A DNA stretch of 64,000 nucleotides from Candidatus Bathyarchaeota archaeon (lineage in GTDB: Archaea > Thermoproteota > Bathyarchaeia > Bathyarchaeales > Bathycorpusculaceae), in NCBI GenBank assembly GCA_963702095.1, contig OY969706.1, forward strand, positions 1,216,001 to 1,280,000, written 5' to 3'. Below are positions 1-10,373 of this stretch, in pieces; position 1 is the first letter of the stretch, and each line of letters starts with the position of its first letter. The position numbers and the translations under genes are program-made. The notes under the pieces are model-generated. The model did not search any database. It was not told the origin of the DNA and saw only the letters and a program-made list of their open reading frames with translations.

Positions 1-806
1 TGGTTTTCGATTACCTGAGAGTTTAGGGTTTGATCCAAAAGTATAGCCGGTGAATTGTTGCTTATCTTTAAGCCTTTGACTTTTATGTTACTGCAATCAA
101 CTAAACCTACGAACCCAGCGTTTGATGGGACAACCTTGTCATGTTCGTTGACCCAGTAAATAACGGGTTTGCCGTCAACGAGATTGGAGGTATCGATATT
201 GTTGGCAAAGTCGGTAGTCAATTCCCAATCAAAACACAAGTTGTACCTGTTATTGCTTAGATGATTGTTTGTAAGAGTGTTGCCGGCGGACGTCGAGAAA
301 GAGATACCGTAAGTTCCGTCCTGTATTGTGTTATTGTCGATAGTGTTACTGTAAGTGAACAGGCCAAGCGAAACGCCCCATTCGTTAGTTGTAAGGACAT
401 TACCGCTAATCAGATTGTTATTGCATGACGCTTGCTGAACAGTGCTGTTCCACGTTAAGTCAATCCCATATGAGAAGTTGCTGATGATAAAGTTCTTCAC
501 AGTAACGTAGCGCACTCCTTGCAGAAAAATACCGGTAGAGGTACCATCTCCAGTTAGTGTATGGTTGGCGCCCTCAAGGATTATATTGTTGCACTGAACC
601 ACTATAGTTTGCTGCAAATCGTCAAGCAAGGTATAATCCTACCCGTGCCTCTTGATTTTATCCGTCCCAACCACGCTGCCATCGCTTGTTATTTGAATAC
701 CTGTGGGAGTGGGCGGTGGAAAAAAGTTGCCGTAAACAGGACCGGCAAGGAAAGTTTCTGTAATCAGGCAAGTTATTAACAGAAGTGAAGGAACGGTTTT
801 TCTCAT
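1..806 (-). pseudogene. NosD/CASH parallel beta-helix secreted protein (runs off window edge) with one in-frame TAG at 641-639
   Basis: Manual translation from ATG 806: signal peptide MRKTVPSLLLITCL..., IKRHG*DYTLLDD, then open to position 1 with NosD-type motifs (NTLTNNHLSNN, DTSNLVDGKPVIYWVN, NAGFVGLVDCSNI). Confidence 0.75.
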
Positions 807-965
807 ATGCCAATATCGGAAGCGATTGAAATATAAGCGTTCTCATCAAGGCTTCTTGACTAAGCTAAGTCAGGATTCTTCTATATGTTCTAAAGAGGCA
901 ACAGCAGTCAGAAGCCTAACGTTAATCTTTTATGGTTAAAGGGTTAAATAGGTCTTAGTGGTGGC

Positions 966-2342
966 TTGTTGAGACGAGCAATAACTAAATCGCTAATCAT
1001 TGCTTTTTCGTTTTTCTTATTAATTGCCTTAGGCGTAGGGGCTGGAGAATCTGCAGGTCCCAAGCTGCTTTGGAACTTTGAGGCGGCAAACCCCGTCTAT
1101 TCGGTAACAGCCAACAGCGGGCTAGTCTTTGTCTGCTCACCAGGCGGCAGTGTCTCAGAAAATGATAGCTACATTTACGCCTTAAACCCTAATACTGGAG
1201 CGCAAGTTTGGCGTTTTGTCACACACTGGGTAGTCAGTCACTCGCCAGTGTTTGCCGACGGCGTATTATTTGCAGGAGATGCCGGCAACCTTTACGCGAT
1301 AAACGCTAATGACGGATCACTGATTTGGAGTTGGGCATATGAGAAAATCAACGGTTCCATAGGAGCGATGATTGGTTGCTCGCCCGCTGTATCTAATGGC
1401 ATGGTGTATTTTGGCGCGGGTATATTGTCGGGTAGCAAAGTATTTGCCCTAAGCGCATTAACTGGTCAAGAAGTCTGGAATTACACGATTGGTCAGCCTT
1501 GGGGTTCTGTTTCTCCACGAACGTACTTGTCATCAGTTGCCAGTGGGTATGGAGCTGTTTATGTAATAGACGGTGGATCGGATCCCGCCCTCTATGCCAT
1601 CGATCACTCTAGCGGTATCTTGCTATGGAGAACGCCTATTGGAGAGACTGTATACGCTCCATATACCTATCCGTGTATTGGCGAAGGAAAGGTCTTCGTT
1701 GGCTGCACAATCAACTATGAGACTGATCATCCGCAAGCAGATCTGCTGGCCTTCGATGCTGCAAATGGCAATTTAATCTGGAACAAAACAGGAGCATTTG
1801 GAGGCTATTCGACTCCTGTTCTATCAAACGGTAGATTATACGTCAGCTCGGGCGATACTATGCAATCTGTAGACTCTGATGATGGAGCGCTGCTTTGGAA
1901 TGTCAGCGCGGTCGAAGTTAGCGGAGGCACGTTCTCAGTACCAACTGTATCTGGCGATAAAGTGTATGCGACCACAGGCGTTCGTTCCATGTCAGATGTA
2001 AACGGCCACGTTCTTGTCATAGACGCCTTGACAGGACAAACAATAATGAATTACATAACAAAGTATGCAACGTCCTTTCCAGAGTATGGTGGACCAGCCT
2101 ACGAAAACGGGACTATTTACTTCAGTCATTACAAAACTGTTTCAGCTTTGGGAGGTTCGCTTGTGGGAACGCCTACACCAGTCACAAGCCCTTCTCCTTC
2201 AACGGAAACGCCCTCGTCCACGCCGGAAGTTCCTGAATTTCCAATATCAATAGCGATAGTAACACTTACCTTAGTAACTGTACCATTTATCTTAAAACTT
2301 AAGCGATACAAAACAAAGACAAGAACTAAACATTTGTTGTAA
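966..2342 (+). CDS. PQQ-like (BamB-type) beta-propeller surface protein with PEF-CTERM-like tail
   Basis: Signal peptide, repeated YALNxxTGxxxW blades, Pro/Ser/Thr linker, VPEFP + TM helix + basic tail. Confidence 0.85.
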   Translation: MLRRAITKSLIIAFSFFLLIALGVGAGESAGPKLLWNFEAANPVYSVTANSGLVFVCSPGGSVSENDSYIYALNPNTGAQVWRFVTHWVVSHSPVFADGVLFAGDAGNLYAINANDGSLIWSWAYEKINGSIGAMIGCSPAVSNGMVYFGAGILSGSKVFALSALTGQEVWNYTIGQPWGSVSPRTYLSSVASGYGAVYVIDGGSDPALYAIDHSSGILLWRTPIGETVYAPYTYPCIGEGKVFVGCTINYETDHPQADLLAFDAANGNLIWNKTGAFGGYSTPVLSNGRLYVSSGDTMQSVDSDDGALLWNVSAVEVSGGTFSVPTVSGDKVYATTGVRSMSDVNGHVLVIDALTGQTIMNYITKYATSFPEYGGPAYENGTIYFSHYKTVSALGGSLVGTPTPVTSPSPSTETPSSTPEVPEFPISIAIVTLTLVTVPFILKLKRYKTKTRTKHLL

Positions 2343-2502
2343 TACAAAATTTTTTAATTATATTACCGACCAAGACCGTTACTTTAAACGAAAACACGTC
2401 TATGCTCCTTTGGCAGGTTACGGTTGCTAGCGAACACAGCATGCAAATGCTAATAAGGAAAGAAAGAAGAGTTGTTATAGCAACGTTTTCGCGTGACTAA
2501 TA

Positions 2503-2730
2503 ATGCAGGTTGTTGGAATTATTGATAGACCGGTAAAATACCATTGTTGTGACTGCAACAAGAAACTTAAGGCACGAGCAAAATCACCTAAATGGCGTGA
2601 GATTCCCCCCGACCAGAAAAGATGCCGAAGCTGCTCCGCCCGGCATAGAGGATTGCTAAGACATGAGCAGCAGCATCTGGTTAAACCTTCGCTTCATCAT
2701 CTTGCGCTTAAGCCGTTAGCGAACCGGTGA
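2503..2730 (+). CDS. small putative zinc-finger protein
   Basis: 75 aa, CCDC...CRSC pairs, basic. Confidence 0.4.
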   Translation: MQVVGIIDRPVKYHCCDCNKKLKARAKSPKWREIPPDQKRCRSCSARHRGLLRHEQQHLVKPSLHHLALKPLANR

Positions 2731-2816
2731 ATTATTTTCTATTGAAGCTTAACTCTGGAAAACAGTGAAGAGCACTATTAGACATAAGTGTAGAGTTGAC
2801 TGCCTATTTCTGGGTG

Positions 2817-3230
2817 TTAAAAACTAGTTAAGTCAAAGCCAATCCTATGCGACAGCCTTTGCAAGTCGTTAAGTATGTAGACGAAAGCATAGCCTGCCCA
2901 TTTACCCCAGCGTTTTTCTGCTGTCCCCTTCAGAGCAGGTATGGATTTTCTGGGATCTTTTGGCAGTTCCCCATAAAACAAAACGCTAAAGATCTTGGCG
3001 CTCCAGACGTCAAGTGGAAAGCCCTTTTTAGGCATTACAAGTTCTGCAGAGTAGTCTCCCACTCCTCTTAGCTCCATCAACAAAGCTTTAGCCTGTGAAG
3101 GTTCTACGGCTGCCAGTTCGTTCATCGTTGGGAAACCCTCATCCAGAGACTCGGCAATGGCGACAAGATTTTTTGCTCTATAACCAAGCTTAGCTTTCTG
3201 CCGCAATTCACGCTCGCTCCAACAAGATTG
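2817..3230 (-). pseudogene. C-terminal remnant of HhH-GPD DNA glycosylase (Ogg1/AlkA-like)
   Basis: LGYRAK, HhH motif LMELRGVGDYSA, FPLDVW; in-frame stop just upstream, N-terminal half absent. Confidence 0.7.
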
Positions 3231-3622
3231 CCTTTAAACTAAGAACAGTCAAAATGGTGTTAAGGTGTTTATTTCTTTTCTGCAGTTCAAATATTGGAAA
3301 AAAGCTACATTAACTTTTTGACAGGTAAAAGGTTGGCTAGATAAGCATTCATTTTAAGGAAAAACCAGGCTCTTAACAAGCTTCCGAATGCCTAATGGTT
3401 ATTCTTTTTTACGCGGAAGTAACCTATCGCGAAGAAACCAGACGAGAAGTAGACTGGAGGCGGCAAGACAAATCATACATGAAAACAAACAAGTTCAGGA
3501 AGTTCACCTGAAATATCGTGGGCATATTAACCCAAGCGCTCAATAATTCTCTTCGTTTGTATCTTCTCTGCTCTCCGAGGGGGTTTAGAAGACTTTTTAA
3601 CATCCACAACCCAGTTAATCAT

Positions 3623-4138
3623 ATGTTCCGCAGCATCCTAGCAAGCATGTTGAAATCTAAACGGTTCTGGATTTGGCAAATCGGCGGCGCAGTCATCTAC
3701 GCCATCCCCGCCATAATCCGTCTAACAACCGCCGACGTCGTCCTGCCAGTGCTGGGTCTACTCGAAACACCCTGGATCGGCTACTGGATCCCAGGCAACA
3801 TAGTCGAGAAAATCTTGGTCAACGCTTTCTTCCCGGGCGCTGCAGGGGCAATTGCAGGCGAAATTTTCTATTTCTATCTCAGCGGACCCGCAGCCAGTCA
3901 AAGCGACAAGTACAAGCGGCGACTGAAGGGCGCGTTGGTTTGGGTGACTTTGTGGTCGCTGTTTCAGTTGTGGGGCAACTTCCAAAACATCATCGGCAGC
4001 TACGGCGGCAACCTCTTCGAGTACCCCATGGTTTACCCGCTCAACTTTTTGCTGGCTTCCCTGTCAATCTTTACTCCCGACATCGTCGGTTACCTCAAAA
4101 ACGCCCTCACAAATGCTTTACACAAAAAAGAAGGATAG
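3623..4138 (+). CDS. hypothetical membrane protein
   Basis: About 4 hydrophobic segments; start chosen at ATG 3623. Confidence 0.7.
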   Translation: MFRSILASMLKSKRFWIWQIGGAVIYAIPAIIRLTTADVVLPVLGLLETPWIGYWIPGNIVEKILVNAFFPGAAGAIAGEIFYFYLSGPAASQSDKYKRRLKGALVWVTLWSLFQLWGNFQNIIGSYGGNLFEYPMVYPLNFLLASLSIFTPDIVGYLKNALTNALHKKEG

Positions 4139-4139
4139 G

Positions 4140-4694
4140 CTAAACATAGCCGAACACGCCTAAAACCTCAAGTTGGGGCACATTTTGAATGGTTCGGTTG
4201 TCTACGTTTAAAGTGGTTGTTGCGCACTGTTGAATTACCGTGTAGGGGACGCGGTAGTAGGAGTTTGGGTCTTCTCCGTAGGTGATTATGACGCCGGCGC
4301 CCCAAACTGGGATGTATGTTCCATAATCGTAGCTTTCAATGTGGGTCATGCCGTCGGTTGCACTGGTGTATTCAAAGGTTATTGTGAGGTTTTCTAAGGC
4401 TATGTTGTTATGTACTTTTACGTAAGATTCGTTGCCTCCATAAGAGGTGAATTCAAAAGGCAACGATAGGTTGGTTCTTGTTAGCTCCAAGACGATGTCA
4501 TCAGAAATCTGCTGGACCATCTGAGTTGGTAGATTATTCAAATCCACCTGCCCAACACTGGCTTGCTGCACAGGCAACCGCGACAAATAAACCATCGTGG
4601 TAGCATAACTTGTTGCTACGCTTACAATTACTACAAGCAACAAAGCAAACAGATACTTGATTTTACCATTCATTGACATCATCCACAAACCCAA
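4140..4694 (-). CDS. hypothetical membrane-anchored/secreted protein
   Basis: N-terminal TM helix, beta-rich body with NxS/T sequons. Confidence 0.65.
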   Translation of the reverse strand: MGLWMMSMNGKIKYLFALLLVVIVSVATSYATTMVYLSRLPVQQASVGQVDLNNLPTQMVQQISDDIVLELTRTNLSLPFEFTSYGGNESYVKVHNNIALENLTITFEYTSATDGMTHIESYDYGTYIPVWGAGVIITYGEDPNSYYRVPYTVIQQCATTTLNVDNRTIQNVPQLEVLGVFGYV

Positions 4695-4776
4695 TTAACG
4701 GCTCTTCCCTTAAGTGGTTTCCGAAAACAACTAAAAGTCGCAAACAATAAATTACCAAAACCCCTAACCTGCAGGT

Positions 4777-5256
4777 ATGTCATTCCATGTCAGACGTAGA
4801 GAACGCGAAATCACCGACCCAGCCGAAATGAAGCAAGTGCTAAAAACCACCAAATACGTCACAGTCGCCCTATGCATGAACAACGAGCCCTACCTCGTCG
4901 CATTAAGCCACGGATATGACGAGGCCCATAGCTGCCTCTATTTTCACTGTGCAAACGAAGGCAAAAAACTCGTTTACGCCCAAGCCAACAACCGCGTCTG
5001 GGGGCAGGCAGTACTGGATTATGGAGTAACAGATGAATGTGACTACGCCTACACCAGCGTCCACTTCCAAGGCACCCTAACACTGCTAAGCGACCCCGCA
5101 GATAAACGTCACGCACTCGAAACGCTTGTTAGGCAAACCTCGAATCGTCCTGAGGAAAAGCTGGCGAAGGTGAAGCCTGAGAAGTTGGAGAAGACGACGA
5201 TGGGTAGAATAGACATTGCTTACATGAGCGGCAAGAAGCATCAGGCACCTAAGTAG
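4777..5256 (+). CDS. pyridoxamine 5'-phosphate oxidase-like flavin-binding protein (NimA-like)
   Basis: RRREREI, PYLVALSHGY, LYFHCANEGKK, YTSV motifs. Confidence 0.85.
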   Translation: MSFHVRRREREITDPAEMKQVLKTTKYVTVALCMNNEPYLVALSHGYDEAHSCLYFHCANEGKKLVYAQANNRVWGQAVLDYGVTDECDYAYTSVHFQGTLTLLSDPADKRHALETLVRQTSNRPEEKLAKVKPEKLEKTTMGRIDIAYMSGKKHQAPK

Positions 5257-5288
5257 TCACCTAAAAAACAAAGGAAATGTGGTTTGCT

Positions 5289-5741
5289 CTACGCTTTGAG
5301 TTTTTTCCAGTCAAGGTAGGAGACTACAACCAGAATCACGGTCCACATTGCCCAGAAGATGAAGGCTTCGCTTATGGCAAAGATGAAGAGTGCGATGACG
5401 CGGTTTACGATGGATATTCCTATGACCAGTAGCGCTGCAGATGGTTTTTTGTTTCTTAGCCCCAGCAGTGAGTAAGCGTAGACTGCTGCGACTGCAAGCA
5501 AAAGGACACTGCCGATGATAAGTGCATTCTGTGCACCTACTGCATCGCTTAGGATGCTGGGCGGAGAGGTTACGCCGTTGAGTGTGCCGCCGTTGAGGGA
5601 GATTTGCATGCTGGGAACTGCCCACCAAGCGATGACGTTGCCCACTTCGCCGATGATGTTGATGATTACGAAGATTGTGAGGATGCGGTGGATCCAACCT
5701 AGACTTGCTGGTTTAGCTTGGGTTGTTGTTTGGGTTGTCAT
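5289..5741 (-). CDS. hypothetical membrane protein
   Basis: 4 TM segments. Confidence 0.7.
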   Translation of the reverse strand: MTTQTTTQAKPASLGWIHRILTIFVIINIIGEVGNVIAWWAVPSMQISLNGGTLNGVTSPPSILSDAVGAQNALIIGSVLLLAVAAVYAYSLLGLRNKKPSAALLVIGISIVNRVIALFIFAISEAFIFWAMWTVILVVVSYLDWKKLKA

Positions 5742-5786
5742 AGCTACCTGTTTGGTTTGCTGAATATTTAAAATTTGTCAGCTTGC

Positions 5787-7634
5787 CTATCCGCCAAGTT
5801 TTGCCCAATCCACTTGGTAAACATACAAGTTATCTTGCGAGTAAACCTGCATCAACCAATCCACCGAATCCAAACGAGCCACACAGCCTGGATAGTGACT
5901 TAATTCATCGTTGCCGACGTAAACGTAGCTGACGTTGTATTGCCGCACAACCGACTCCAACTGGCTTTCTGTGCCATTATAAGCGTTATCCACGGCTTGG
6001 TCCCGAGCAAACACCTCGTTCATCGGTTCACCGTGTCCGTATGGCCAGTAAAAATAGGAGTCCACCCTCAACCGCCCCCCAATCATCGACGGCGGACACT
6101 GAATGCTGTAATAAGTAAGGAACACCGAGTTCTGAGGCGTGTTATCCCTAACCCACATGCCCACATTGTATTCGCTCCAACTTACCGCCGTGAAGTCGGT
6201 GCCGACATTGTAGATTATGACGCTTGAGGCAGTGATAACCGAGAGCAAAACCAAAGCGAACGCCACGGTTTTAGGCACCTTAGACAACACAATGCCTGCA
6301 AGCAAAACTATTGGAACCCAGGCGAATATAAAGAACTTGTACATGTCCCAATCCCAAGGCGTAAACAACAAAACATTTGGAATAATGACCAGCAAAAGAC
6401 ACGTGACTTTGAGGTATCCCTGTCCGCGCATAACAAACGATGCGAGGGCTAAGACGAAGGGTATGCCCAAGTTGAGGAAGTAATAGATAAAGGGGTTGTT
6501 GGCAAAATCAGTGACAAACGCTGTGCTGACGCTAACACTAAGCGGCGGCCCGCCTGAAAAGATAAAGGGCAACGCCACGACGCTGGGCAACAGGAAATAA
6601 AGGTAGCCTCTGTTGAGTTTACGCATGCTAAGGAGGACTGCGGCGGCGAAGGCGACGTAACAACAGAAGAACGCCACATTATGAAACTGGAAAACCAATC
6701 CAGTTAAGATGCCGGCAAGCAGCAACCTGTTTTTGTCGCTCATATCCCGTAGCAAAGCCAAAACCAACGCAAACACAGGCAAACCCATAAGCATCGGACG
6801 CTGCTGCAACAAATTATCGAAAATCGAGGGCAAACCAAATTGTCCCTTGAACTGGAAAATGTAATTCGTCCACGGCGCAAAAGACCCGTTAATCAACGCG
6901 TCAAACAGCCCAATGTAGCTGAAACCCCAACCGAAAACCCCCAGAACGGTGGCAATGATCGCGACGCGCCGCCCGTAATGCCGCCCCAACGCGTACACTG
7001 CAACCGCAAAGACCCCGATGAAGAGGGCGTTTAAGAAGGGTAAAAGCGTGGGCAGGTAACCGTACATTTTCTCAACTATTGCAGTGTGGAAATCGACGAA
7101 GTAGTGGTAGGTCAGCGGTGTGCCTATGTAGTTGGGGGTTTGCGGGGGGAAATTGCCTTGGTTGATGCTCTCTATGATTTCGTAGTGGAAAGGTGTGTCC
7201 TGCCAGTTTGAGCCTGTTACGACTATGCCGTATTCGTTGCCCCGCCAAACGCTCACCGCCAGCACGGAAAGCGAGACCAGAAAGATGACGGCGAAGAGCA
7301 GCAGGTTGGTTTTTTTGATTTGCCCCAGTTTGAGGAGGCTTCTGGGTTTTAGCGGCTCACCTTTCCTGTGGACGACCAAAGTGTAGAGCGCGGTTAACAG
7401 GGCAAAGCATCCCAGAATGGTCCAGCGGGAATAGCCCAAAGCCAAAGAGGCGAAATAAACCAGTGTCACCGAGGCGAGAACACTGAAGATGGGGACAAAC
7501 GCCCACGCTTCATAGGATTTAAGGTGGAAAAAGCGGTAACAGATTAACCCTGGAACAAGAAAAGTAAAAACCAGCGCCGTTGCAACCGCCAAATAACTTG
7601 AAAACACCGACACTGCAATCAAGAGCAAAAACAC
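5787..7634 (-). CDS. GT-C-like multi-pass membrane glycosyltransferase
   Basis: About 13 TM, WQDTPFH loop, YHYFVDF, C-terminal YNVSYVYVG domain; frame stays open upstream of 7634. Confidence 0.7.
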   Translation of the reverse strand: MFLLLIAVSVFSSYLAVATALVFTFLVPGLICYRFFHLKSYEAWAFVPIFSVLASVTLVYFASLALGYSRWTILGCFALLTALYTLVVHRKGEPLKPRSLLKLGQIKKTNLLLFAVIFLVSLSVLAVSVWRGNEYGIVVTGSNWQDTPFHYEIIESINQGNFPPQTPNYIGTPLTYHYFVDFHTAIVEKMYGYLPTLLPFLNALFIGVFAVAVYALGRHYGRRVAIIATVLGVFGWGFSYIGLFDALINGSFAPWTNYIFQFKGQFGLPSIFDNLLQQRPMLMGLPVFALVLALLRDMSDKNRLLLAGILTGLVFQFHNVAFFCCYVAFAAAVLLSMRKLNRGYLYFLLPSVVALPFIFSGGPPLSVSVSTAFVTDFANNPFIYYFLNLGIPFVLALASFVMRGQGYLKVTCLLLVIIPNVLLFTPWDWDMYKFFIFAWVPIVLLAGIVLSKVPKTVAFALVLLSVITASSVIIYNVGTDFTAVSWSEYNVGMWVRDNTPQNSVFLTYYSIQCPPSMIGGRLRVDSYFYWPYGHGEPMNEVFARDQAVDNAYNGTESQLESVVRQYNVSYVYVGNDELSHYPGCVARLDSVDWLMQVYSQDNLYVYQVDWAKLGG

Positions 7635-7871
7635 TATTGAGAGCCAATACTTCCTAACAACCGCACCTAATGCCGTGTTTGCAGTGATTTTGTGGTCCCC
7701 CTCAAGCGTTTTTAAGTTTATGTTCTGTTTTAAAGGGTATAAGATTGTCGCTTAACCCGCCGTATTGCGACCCATTGATTGTTCCAGTCGGCTGCTGGGT
7801 TATTGTTTAAGATAAACACCGAGAAAGCTTAATTAGTTAAATCTTCGTGTATTCTTGCGGCGTATCGATTT

Positions 7872-7949
7872 GCCCAGGTAGTATAGTTAGGTCCAGTATA
7901 TGCGGCTGTCGCCCGTAGGACCCGGGTCCAAATCCCGGCCTGGGCGCCA
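7872..7949 (+). tRNA. tRNA-Asp(GTC), CCA encoded
   Basis: Acceptor GCCCAGG/CCTGGGC, anticodon loop CT-GTC-GC, T-stem CCGGG/CCCGG (atypical T-loop TCCAAAT). Confidence 0.92.
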
Positions 7950-8046
7950 CTTCTCTTACCCCTCTTTGCCAGCTAAGGATTTTTAATACCAAATCTGGGT
8001 TAAGATTGTCTTTTCATAAGCATTAAATCAATTTTAAAACAGTAAA

Positions 8047-8250
8047 ATGGTGATTATGATGGGAGAGCAAACAGAGATTCCATGTTCTAAATGCGAATTC
8101 TGGAGTAAGAAACGGAGAAATTTTTCATGCAACCCCAACGATTGCTCCTTACTTACTTTGTGGCTGCTTAAGAACTCCCCCATATTAAGAGAAGAAACCG
8201 TTCAAATGCAAGTTCGTCTCCCCGAGACCGCGTTTCAATATGTGGTCTAA
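8047..8250 (+). CDS. small Cys-rich hypothetical protein
   Basis: CSKC...CNPNDC, 4 Cys. Confidence 0.55.
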   Translation: MVIMMGEQTEIPCSKCEFWSKKRRNFSCNPNDCSLLTLWLLKNSPILREETVQMQVRLPETAFQYVV

Positions 8251-8327
8251 GCACAAGACCTAACTTTTAGGTTTATTATCTGCGCCTTGCCTAGAAGTAT
8301 TGTAGGCATTTTGAGAGAGCTTATCCT

Positions 8328-8906
8328 TTGAAGTATAAGGAACTTCATCATCAAGCAAAACAAATTGACCGTTTAATAGATGCCGCCTTAGACGCTCATG
8401 GTTCCTTATTTATTCCACAAGAGGAACTGAAAACGATTATTTTGGGCAACTATCCAGATTTTTATGTGGAGAACTCGGGATGGCGCAAAATCGTTTTTGG
8501 CAACAGAGCAATAGACCACAAGATTGTATTAAAAGTGGGTCCACAGAAAAGCATCGAAAACGATCACCACGTCTACAAGAGCCTTCCCGAAGAGCAGCGA
8601 CACAAAGTATTTGCCAAAATATTTTGGCACACTAAGTATTGTCTGCTGCAGGAATATGGGTTGCCCGCTAAGGTTTCCCCCGAGCAACTTACGTCAATTC
8701 GGCGAGAAGTTAACAAATACGGCGTTTTCGACGTTAAAGCTGAAAATCTGCGCTCGATAGATGGGAAACTCAGAATTATTGATGCCAACGTAACCCGTAT
8801 ACCCCTGCCTACGGTGCTAAGGAAAATCGATGAGGTTAGGCCCAAAATTCCCAAGAAACTAAACCTCCTAATCAAGGCAATAACCAAGCGGTTCTACGAA
8901 AAATAG
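8328..8906 (+). CDS. hypothetical protein, minimal protein-kinase-like fold
   Basis: SGWRKIVF, VLKVG, SIEND, FDVKAENL, IIDAN in kinase motif order. Confidence 0.55.
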   Translation: MKYKELHHQAKQIDRLIDAALDAHGSLFIPQEELKTIILGNYPDFYVENSGWRKIVFGNRAIDHKIVLKVGPQKSIENDHHVYKSLPEEQRHKVFAKIFWHTKYCLLQEYGLPAKVSPEQLTSIRREVNKYGVFDVKAENLRSIDGKLRIIDANVTRIPLPTVLRKIDEVRPKIPKKLNLLIKAITKRFYEK

Positions 8907-8981
8907 ACGCCAAATCAAGCTCTGGTTTTTTAATTAAACATGTGCAGAAAAGATATGAGCACAGCCATCACCAACTATTAG

Positions 8982-10355
8982 GTGTATATGACTTTAACAC
9001 AACCGCAGCAACCTCGACAAACAGGGCAAAACACAAGCAACTGGCTAGAAGACATCATAAAAAAAGTAAACCATAACGCCCTCGAACAGCAACAAGTTGT
9101 CACCCGCGCCAACAGCAGCCTCTGCGTGCTCTGCAAGGGCGCACGGTTTCTCTGCGGCAAAACCCGCTGCCCCATAATGGTTAAAGTCAACTATTTCCTC
9201 AAAAGCGTCCCCCTAATGTCCACACAAGACATCAACGGCGTGTCCCCGCCCAGCGTCTTCATAGGCAGAATCGGCTACCCCCACGTCTACATTGGCCCAT
9301 TGGTGCCGCCGGTACATGAAGACACAGCCATCTATGACCTGCCTGAACAATGGTTCGGTAAATCGATGGATGAAATCGTCGGTTTCCGCAGCCTGCTCAT
9401 CCGCGGCAAACACATGGTAAACGTGACTAAAATCAACGAAGCAGGCAAAATCCTCGACCAAACCCGAGAACTGGCACTTGCCGACAACAGCGTAGACACC
9501 GAACTTAACCTAACCAAAAAACCACGCGGCTCCATAACGCTAAGCGACGATGTGCAGCCTTTTGGGCCCTCTGCGCCTATCCGCGATCTCCATGTGGGTA
9601 ACGCACGGTACAACGACAAAATAGAGAAAGCTTACTATGACACGGATTTGCGGGCAACCAACGCGGTAGTGGAACTCTACAGCAAGGGCGTTATGGTTAC
9701 TAAACTCCAGAAGGCGTTTAGTGTCGGCGCCTTCGGCATCGAGAAAAAGCGGCGACTGGTTCCCACGCGGTGGAGTATAACAGCCGTCGACGACATCCTA
9801 TCCAAAAGCCTCGTCGCCAAAGTGAAAACTTTCCCAGAAATTAACGAGTACCGAGTCTACGAATCAATCTACCTTGACAACGTCTTTGAGATACTTATGA
9901 TTCCAGCGCAGTGGAGCTACGAATCCATGGAAGCATGGTACCCCGGCACGGTTTGGAACCCCAACGGCTCCAGCGTCGCCATCTACAGCGACTGGGAAGG
10001 CAACAGTGGACGCACCACCTACGCTTCCATCGGCGGCTGCTACTACAGCGCACGCCTCGCCGTCTGCGAACAACTCCTAAAAGAACGCCGCCAAGCCACC
10101 GCGATTGTGCTCCGCGAAGCTCGCCCCGGCTACATCATGCCCATCGGAGTGTGGCAAGTCCGAGAAAACGTCCGCAACGCTATGCACCAAAAACCTATCC
10201 ACTTCAAGAGCCTCGCGGAGTCGCTGCAGTTTATCGACGGCAAATTCGAAATTCCCGTGCACCGCTGGATACTGCAGAGTGAACTCCTCAAGAAGGCGCT
10301 GTTTCAGAGGCGTATAAGCGACTTCTTCACCTCCAATCCCTCTGCACAAGCGTAA
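8982..10355 (+). CDS. nreA: Nre-family DNA repair protein
   Basis: CVLCKG...LCGKTRCP, SPPSVFIGRIGYP, LVPTRWSITAVDD, GGCYYSARL, C-terminal PIP box QRRISDFF. Confidence 0.9.
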   Translation: MYMTLTQPQQPRQTGQNTSNWLEDIIKKVNHNALEQQQVVTRANSSLCVLCKGARFLCGKTRCPIMVKVNYFLKSVPLMSTQDINGVSPPSVFIGRIGYPHVYIGPLVPPVHEDTAIYDLPEQWFGKSMDEIVGFRSLLIRGKHMVNVTKINEAGKILDQTRELALADNSVDTELNLTKKPRGSITLSDDVQPFGPSAPIRDLHVGNARYNDKIEKAYYDTDLRATNAVVELYSKGVMVTKLQKAFSVGAFGIEKKRRLVPTRWSITAVDDILSKSLVAKVKTFPEINEYRVYESIYLDNVFEILMIPAQWSYESMEAWYPGTVWNPNGSSVAIYSDWEGNSGRTTYASIGGCYYSARLAVCEQLLKERRQATAIVLREARPGYIMPIGVWQVRENVRNAMHQKPIHFKSLAESLQFIDGKFEIPVHRWILQSELLKKALFQRRISDFFTSNPSAQA

Positions 10356-10373
10356 TATAGCACAGTCAATCCT

